49,545 nt of DNA from Deltaproteobacteria bacterium (lineage in GTDB: Bacteria; Desulfobacterota; Desulfomonilia; UBA1062), in NCBI GenBank assembly GCA_016929755.1, contig JAFGIF010000187.1, forward strand, positions 1 through 49,545. Reading direction: 5' to 3'. Below, one piece after another: positions 44,567 through 49,545 of this stretch (positions within the stretch are counted from its first letter, which is position 1; every line of letters begins with the position of its first letter). Both the position numbers and the translations under genes were made by a program. The notes under the pieces were generated by a model that was not told where the DNA came from, made no database searches, and was given only the letters and a program-made list of their open reading frames with translations.

Positions 44567-47122
44567 TCATCGGTTAAAATTCCATGGGCCGGCAACTTGG
44601 CCGGTATCGTTTTTCAAATTGTCCGTAGAAAATTGCTCGAATTGTCTGACTTGTCTGCTAACACTGGATTGGTGCAGGTTTGCGGGTGCAGACTTCATGT
44701 CTGCAATGTCTGAGTTGTCTGCAAGACATCCTGTCCCTTGCAGACATTGCAGACTTTGTTTTTCCAATGTCTGCGCTTGCGAATCCTCACCAGTGCTGAC
44801 CTCGCAGACATCTCGGACAATTCGAACTTGTTTTAATAGACTATTTATTTTTTTATCCCATTGCAGACATTTCACAGATCGGCGTCCGTTGGCTGTAAAC
44901 GCTCTATCCGGTATAGTCAGACCCAAAGACCGCAAAAATGCGCCCATTGCATGGGGTGAACTTATCTCGACATGCTCCGGGCAACCCCGACTGTATCGTT
45001 CATGAATATAACCAACCGCAAGCCTTCCAGAATCCAATTCAGGTTTTAATGCTTCCAGGGTCCGGGCAAGGTGTATGTTCTGTTCATTAATCTCAGGTGT
45101 TGCCTCGGTATCGTCAGAGACGAGCCCCCGCGCGGCGTCCACGGTATGACCCATGTAAAATTCAGCGCAGGCGATACCTCGGTTAATGCCTTGCAAATCA
45201 AGAACAGTTCCGGGCTCTTCCTCTTCATAGAAAGCATGTAAACAGTGAAGAACACCCGCCATACGCAAGGCGGCCCCTACTATTTTAGGGATAAACCCGC
45301 GCAGGATCTTAGGGAGATCAAAACGTGTCGATCGTATATCATTTGCCCAATCAAAAAACCGTTTTTGAGCCTCGGGATTAAGCCGGATTACTCGCGGGCT
45401 CCATTCCGGATCAGATATAATGTTATCTGCCCACGCCATAGCATTTCTGAGCGGGATGTCCCAAAAAACACGATTCGTTTCTTCCCAACTTTCATTGGTA
45501 AGCTCCCGGACCTGGTCAATTTCAAAAGTAAATAAGAATCTATAAACCGTACCATCAGACAGATAGCGGCCATTATCGCCAGCAAAGGTTATGGCAAATG
45601 TTTCGGGCTGAATACCACCGATAATTGAAATGCAAGAACCCTCAATAAATTTTGAACCAGATACCCGCACAAGACGAACAACCGAACCGTCATATAAAGA
45701 CAGCCAAGCTTCACGATCAGTTCCTTTACCGGCCTTGTATTGATTCTGACCACCGATAAAGGCTGACAATTCATCGAAATAACATAACGTTCCGCCGTGC
45801 CCTGAAATATCTGACCTTATTCCCTCTGTTGTAGGGTCTGTGGTTACATACCCACGCTCACGCGGCGGTGGTGGTGTTTGCTTCTTGTCTTTGGGTGAGA
45901 GGAGGTCCCATTCACTACAGGCCTGCTTGTATTCCCTGTAAGCCTTTGCCTGGACCTCATAAATCGTCCGCATCATCATCTTGACAGGCGGGGTTTTGCC
46001 TTCGCCGGACGCTCGGATATCACAGATCCACAAGATAAGCGGTTCCTTCCATGATTTTTTTGGAGATACAATAACGGTTCGACCCAGCACGGATGCCATT
46101 ATTGACATTGCAACACCTAGCAATGGTGTCGGGCTCGTGGCGCATGAGCGCGCCAATTGGTTCAAGCTCTCTGGCAGTTCATACGGAAAAATCCACCAGG
46201 GACAAGGTTTTTTAGGAAAAAGTTCGCGCGCCCGGTTCCATTTATCGAACTGGGTATCTTCAGTCTCTTCCAGGTCCTCAGGCACATACTCCGGGGTATT
46301 CTCGATGATCTTTAAAAGCTCTTCCTTGGTGCCGCCGCGCTCGATCCAATCGGCAACATCTTCAGAATAGCCTAGGCCCGGCAAGGAAACAACTTTCAAA
46401 GACTTGACATATGCTGTAATTTCAGATACTATTCTGTTACAGTATTTCTTGCCTGGTTCATCATTATCGGACAGGATTACAAAGTGTTTCCTATCAAACG
46501 TTTCATTGTAGTTTTCAGACCATCGGCCCCCGCTCCCACCGGGTGCCGTGGTGCCTACAATTTCCGGTGGTAGCTTCAAGCCATTAACAGCATCAGCACA
46601 TTTCTCACCCTCAACATAAATAACCGTGTGTGCCGCCAGGACATCGGGCAGGTTGTATAAGACCTCTGGCACCTTGCCTGGGATCTCCTGGCCGTTCTCA
46701 ATACGAAATTGCCGTATGTCTTTACCGCCGCCTTCATAATCCCATCTCCGAACAATCCCGACCGGCTGCCCGGATTCATCACGGTAGACATAATCAGCCG
46801 TATGTTTCCGGGTCCCGGTTTTGGCTTTCTTCTGTTGCCCGGCAGGAAGATATTTCTTCATGAGTCCGGCAACGTCTGTGCTTTCGATCTTGCAAAAAAC
46901 ATCAAGTATATCCCCGCCGGGCATCCAATCTTGTCGAACAAAGACATGTTCAACATTCCCCGCATTATCCAAGCGCACAACCAACCGGTCATCACCGACC
47001 GGCGCGCCATTCAGGAAATTAGGTCCGCACATCTCGTGAGCGTTTTTCTTTTTGAGTAGGGGAAGATACTCGCGTTTGAATTTGTCTTGAAGAATTTCCT
47101 TCAGTTGTTCGATATTATTCAT
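44567..47122 (-). CDS. bifunctional primase (Toprim) / P-loop helicase-like replication protein
   Basis: 851 aa. Toprim motifs VIYVEGEKCADAV and ILSDNDEPGKKY. Walker-A-like SGEGKT and Walker-B-like LCYFDE. RBS GAGAGGGGAAA. Confidence 0.8.
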   Translation of the reverse strand: MNNIEQLKEILQDKFKREYLPLLKKKNAHEMCGPNFLNGAPVGDDRLVVRLDNAGNVEHVFVRQDWMPGGDILDVFCKIESTDVAGLMKKYLPAGQQKKAKTGTRKHTADYVYRDESGQPVGIVRRWDYEGGGKDIRQFRIENGQEIPGKVPEVLYNLPDVLAAHTVIYVEGEKCADAVNGLKLPPEIVGTTAPGGSGGRWSENYNETFDRKHFVILSDNDEPGKKYCNRIVSEITAYVKSLKVVSLPGLGYSEDVADWIERGGTKEELLKIIENTPEYVPEDLEETEDTQFDKWNRARELFPKKPCPWWIFPYELPESLNQLARSCATSPTPLLGVAMSIMASVLGRTVIVSPKKSWKEPLILWICDIRASGEGKTPPVKMMMRTIYEVQAKAYREYKQACSEWDLLSPKDKKQTPPPPRERGYVTTDPTTEGIRSDISGHGGTLCYFDELSAFIGGQNQYKAGKGTDREAWLSLYDGSVVRLVRVSGSKFIEGSCISIIGGIQPETFAITFAGDNGRYLSDGTVYRFLFTFEIDQVRELTNESWEETNRVFWDIPLRNAMAWADNIISDPEWSPRVIRLNPEAQKRFFDWANDIRSTRFDLPKILRGFIPKIVGAALRMAGVLHCLHAFYEEEEPGTVLDLQGINRGIACAEFYMGHTVDAARGLVSDDTEATPEINEQNIHLARTLEALKPELDSGRLAVGYIHERYSRGCPEHVEISSPHAMGAFLRSLGLTIPDRAFTANGRRSVKCLQWDKKINSLLKQVRIVRDVCEVSTGEDSQAQTLEKQSLQCLQGTGCLADNSDIADMKSAPANLHQSSVSRQVRQFEQFSTDNLKNDTGQVAGPWNFNR
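44643..44869. repeat. iteron field (TGTCTGC/GCAGACA heptamers), candidate replication origin
   Basis: Forward TGTCTG(C/A) at 44643, 44652, 44698, 44707, 44716 and 44768. Reverse GCAGAC(A/T) at 44688, 44740, 44749, 44804 and 44863. An AT-rich stretch at 44829-44860 lies between the last two. Confidence 0.6.
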
Positions 47123-47140
47123 TTTCCCCTCTCATCCCTG

Positions 47141-47374
47141 TTAAAGCTGTGTGCTCTTATCTTCCAGAAACTTAATCAATGATTCCACGGGATAGGCAAT
47201 TCTTCTTTTCCCGATACGTACTCGATCCTTTACGCCTTTCCCCATGCAATCCAGGTTTGCCATAGTTCTGGGATTCAATATTCCACCGGAAAATTTGCCG
47301 ACTTCGCTTCTTGCTACCAAAGCCGACGGCCACTGTTCTGCCATTTTTGTAAAATCAAAATTTGCTCGTTTCAT
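47141..47374 (-). CDS. excisionase/AlpA-like small DNA-binding protein
   Basis: 77 aa, GGAGG RBS. The pattern ARSEVGKFSGG..NPRTMANL...RIGKRRIAYPVESLIKFLE resembles excisionase-type HTH proteins. Confidence 0.5.
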   Translation of the reverse strand: MKRANFDFTKMAEQWPSALVARSEVGKFSGGILNPRTMANLDCMGKGVKDRVRIGKRRIAYPVESLIKFLEDKSTQL

Positions 47375-47440
47375 AAAAAAAACCTCCGTTCTTATTTTGT
47401 GATCACGGATGTAATCTTATGAAAACAAACGTAAAGAATC

Positions 47441-47492
47441 TTGGGAAACAAATGCGGCACTTATTTCCCTGATAAGGTTGGCTTTGGGAAAT
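47441..47492. promoter_or_regulatory. candidate operator triplet (GGGAAA / TTTCCC / GGGAAA)
   Basis: TTGGGAAA at 47441-47448, ATTTCCC at 47463-47469 and TTTGGGAAAT at 47483-47492, at ~21-22 bp spacing in the intergenic region upstream of the excisionase-like gene. Confidence 0.3.
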
Positions 47493-47565
47493 GTTTTAGA
47501 AACGGGTTCTGAAAATTCTATTTCATAAAACCAGCATATTGAAATTTTTTAACACATTAAGATAT

Positions 47566-48084
47566 TTATTTTTTAGCAGCAATTAGATTATTATTTTCAT
47601 CATACAATGAGTCTATTTCTCTCTGAACTTCCGAAGCGGCCTTTACAGCCTGTTGAGCTTTTTTATAGAGTTTTTCTACTGTTGCAGAGTGATCCCCACT
47701 ACCGATCATATCTTTACCAATGTCATAAAATATGCTTCCCTTTTGACCCCTGGTACGGGTTTCCATTTCTTCACGAACCCTATCATAAACAACCATCATA
47801 AAACTGAAAGAGTGTCTATATCTGTCCTCAAACGTGGAAAAACATCGAGCATCATTAAATCCCAAAGCGTTCTTAATCATAACGCCAGCTTTGCCGGTTG
47901 GTGGATTCAATTCTAATATTTTTTCTGAGGATCGCCCTAGATACCTCATAACCCATTTTGGTAAGCTCTTTTCGGCTTTCCAACATTCATTAATTTTTTT
48001 CCATGCTAATAAGGGGTTTTTAGGCACTCCATCTTCAAAATCATCTAGTTCATAATTAAAATCGAGCATTATTTCTTTATCCAT
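47566..48084 (-). CDS. hypothetical protein (172 aa), abuts the integrase gene
   Basis: The ATG at 48084 directly abuts the integrase stop (48085-48087). No recognisable motif. AT-rich coding sequence. Confidence 0.55.
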   Translation of the reverse strand: MDKEIMLDFNYELDDFEDGVPKNPLLAWKKINECWKAEKSLPKWVMRYLGRSSEKILELNPPTGKAGVMIKNALGFNDARCFSTFEDRYRHSFSFMMVVYDRVREEMETRTRGQKGSIFYDIGKDMIGSGDHSATVEKLYKKAQQAVKAASEVQREIDSLYDENNNLIAAKK

Positions 48085-49308
48085 TCAAGTGACCCTTTTT
48101 GGAATTTGGTTGCTGGTTTTACTCTCTGTATTTAAGAATTTCTCAAGATTTTTCACTGCATCCTGCATGGTATTTTGCCCAAGGTGGGAATACCTTTCTG
48201 TCATTGCAATTGTACTATGTCCAAGCAGTTCTTTTACTGTGTAAAGATCTGTTCCATTTTCAACCAGCCATGAAGCATATGTATGCCGTAGGGTGTGAAA
48301 AACTACTTTGTCGCGCCTGTCAGAAATGCCCTTATTCAAATTAAGATCATTGATTACACGGTCGAAGGTTTTGGAGATTTCCCTTTGAGGTTTTCCTTTA
48401 TTATCTTTGAAAATATACTCTTCTGGTTGACCTCTTTTTAATTCATCGAACATTTCTTTAACGTCTTGCGTCATGTATCCTTTTCGATTTTTACTTGTTT
48501 TCGTATCTCTAACGGTAATTAATCCCTTATCAATTAAAAGATCCTTCCATTTTAAGTTGAAAATTTCCCCGGCCCGCAAGCCACAACGAAGGGATATTAA
48601 CGAAACATCATGAACTTGCTGACTTCGGACTTTCAGGGCATTAAGTAGGTGATTGGCTTCATCCTTGGTTAAAAACCTCATGCGCCGGTTATCAACGGAC
48701 GGTTTTTTGATCTTTGATACGGGATTGTCTTTTTCATAGAGGTTTAAAATCCTTGCAAGGTTGAAAACTTGCCGTATGACCGCCAGGCAATACTGAATGC
48801 TTCTGGGTGAAAGATTTTTGACCGACATATTCTTTTTGATGCGTTCAAGGTCAAGGGGTGATACTTTCTTCAATGGCTTATCTCCAATAACTGGACATAT
48901 CCATTTTTTATACATTGATTTTTCATTTCTGTATGAATTGTGAGACTTGTTATCTTTAGCCTGGGGTAGGTAGGTGTCACTAAAAAATGTATTGAATGTC
49001 ATCTCGTTAACCTTGGCCAGTCTTTTTTCTTCCTTATTTTGTTCTCGCTGTTCAGATAATCGCGACGGACCTTGGCATTTTTTGGCATTCTCTTTCAATT
49101 CACACAGTCTATTAAAGGCCCCCTCTGCGGTTTTTCCTTCACTGGCCCACCCAAAACCTTCCTCCATTCGTTCACCATCAACCTGGTATCTGATTGAGAA
49201 GTATTGATCATATTTAACGCCATGCTTCCGGGTAGGGTGCTTGCGATACCTGACCCCCCGATATTTCGTTTTTTGCCATTTAGTCCCCATCTTTTTATCT
49301 GTCCCCAT
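48085..49308 (-). CDS. tyrosine recombinase / phage-type integrase
   Basis: Catalytic signature LRAGE (R), HTLRHTYASW (HxxR) and LLGHSTIAMTERYSHL (H, Y). N-terminal arm-binding-like domain. An alternative ATG at 49290 is possible. Confidence 0.92.
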   Translation of the reverse strand: MGTDKKMGTKWQKTKYRGVRYRKHPTRKHGVKYDQYFSIRYQVDGERMEEGFGWASEGKTAEGAFNRLCELKENAKKCQGPSRLSEQREQNKEEKRLAKVNEMTFNTFFSDTYLPQAKDNKSHNSYRNEKSMYKKWICPVIGDKPLKKVSPLDLERIKKNMSVKNLSPRSIQYCLAVIRQVFNLARILNLYEKDNPVSKIKKPSVDNRRMRFLTKDEANHLLNALKVRSQQVHDVSLISLRCGLRAGEIFNLKWKDLLIDKGLITVRDTKTSKNRKGYMTQDVKEMFDELKRGQPEEYIFKDNKGKPQREISKTFDRVINDLNLNKGISDRRDKVVFHTLRHTYASWLVENGTDLYTVKELLGHSTIAMTERYSHLGQNTMQDAVKNLEKFLNTESKTSNQIPKRVT

Positions 49309-49323
49309 TCTGTCCCCATAAAA
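49301..49323 (+). repeat. 23-bp direct repeat with GTCCCCAT units (candidate arm-type sites, right arm)
   Basis: Identical to 42028-42050. A third GTCCCCAT lies at 49283-49290. The repeat overlaps the integrase start codon. Confidence 0.6.
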
Positions 49324-49436
49324 TTAATGAAACAGTAGTTTTTTAAATGACACAATATGAACATATATATCTTATAAAACCAGTAATAGTCAATAGTTAA
49401 ATGATGCTAGGTGAGATTGGATGAAATGCATAAAAA

Positions 49437-49482
49437 CTGATTCGTAATCAGCAGGTCGTCGGTTCAACCCCGACCGCTGGCT
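49437..49482 (+). repeat. attR core (displaced 3' fragment of tRNA-Thr)
   Basis: 46 nt identical to 41919-41964. It lacks the tRNA 5' half, so it is not a gene. Confidence 0.85.
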
Positions 49483-49545
49483 CCATGCTTTACGGGTTTT
49501 AAATATGCTTCTGCTAACGAATTACTAACTCTTGACCAAAAAACA

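Larger units (their letters stand above)
41919..49482. mobile_element. integrated phage-satellite-like island in tRNA-Thr (integrase, excisionase-like, primase-helicase, Nu1-like small terminase)
   Basis: Bounded by a perfect 46-bp direct repeat of the tRNA 3' part (41919-41964 and 49437-49482). All ten ORFs inside are on the minus strand. Tyrosine integrase at the attR end. Confidence 0.8.

Noticed and set aside
44544-45005. Cys-rich 153-aa plus-strand ORF.
   Set aside because: Its cysteines come from reading the TGTCTGC iterons in frame. It lies inside the primase-helicase gene, has no RBS, and is an artefact of the repeat field.
49437-49482. A possible second tRNA gene or tRNA pseudogene at the window end.
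   Set aside because: Only the 3' 46 nt (anticodon stem to discriminator) are present and there is no 5' half. This is the displaced att fragment created by integration.

Overview
All calls come from reading the sequence and the ORF track; no searches were run, so product names rest on motif recognition and recalled family features. The window looks like a chromosomal segment of an anaerobic, Desulfobacterota-like bacterium (inferred from gene content only). It has three parts. (1) 1-8.3 kb is housekeeping: the nadB 3' end, a convergent CoA-binding protein, a small Zn-ribbon gene, and then rplU-rpmA-obg-proB-proA-nadD-rsfS-rlmH. (2) 8.2-41.8 kb is accessory and metabolic. It holds an AlbA_2/wHTH protein, a KamA-type radical SAM enzyme, a fused ADP-forming acyl-CoA synthetase, bioY, two PAS/GAF histidine kinases, an ADP-ribosylglycohydrolase and an amino-acid ABC transporter. 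The most interesting locus is a co-directional minus-strand supercluster of 17 genes (22.8-38.5 kb). It is built around a benzoyl-CoA-reductase / 2-hydroxyacyl-CoA-dehydratase-type ATP-driven enzyme: two activase ATPases, two paralogous large subunits and one small subunit. These are coupled to a stand-alone homologue of the central domain of acetyl-CoA synthase, three paralogous helical proteins of unknown function, two acyl-CoA dehydrogenases, TetR, a CoA-binding synthetase-alpha-like protein, a radical SAM enzyme and an amidohydrolase-2. The accessory genes of the known benzoyl-CoA or hydroxyacyl-CoA dehydratase pathways are absent, so the substrate and chemistry are unassigned. (3) 41.9-49.5 kb holds tRNA-Thr(CGU) with a ~7.5 kb element integrated in its 3' half, flanked by 46-bp direct repeats. 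The element carries a tyrosine integrase, an excisionase-like gene, a Toprim/P-loop primase-helicase with an iteron field in its 3' end, and a Nu1-like small terminase. It has no large terminase or capsid genes, so it looks like a phage-satellite-type island. No CRISPR array, rRNA or transposase was seen.
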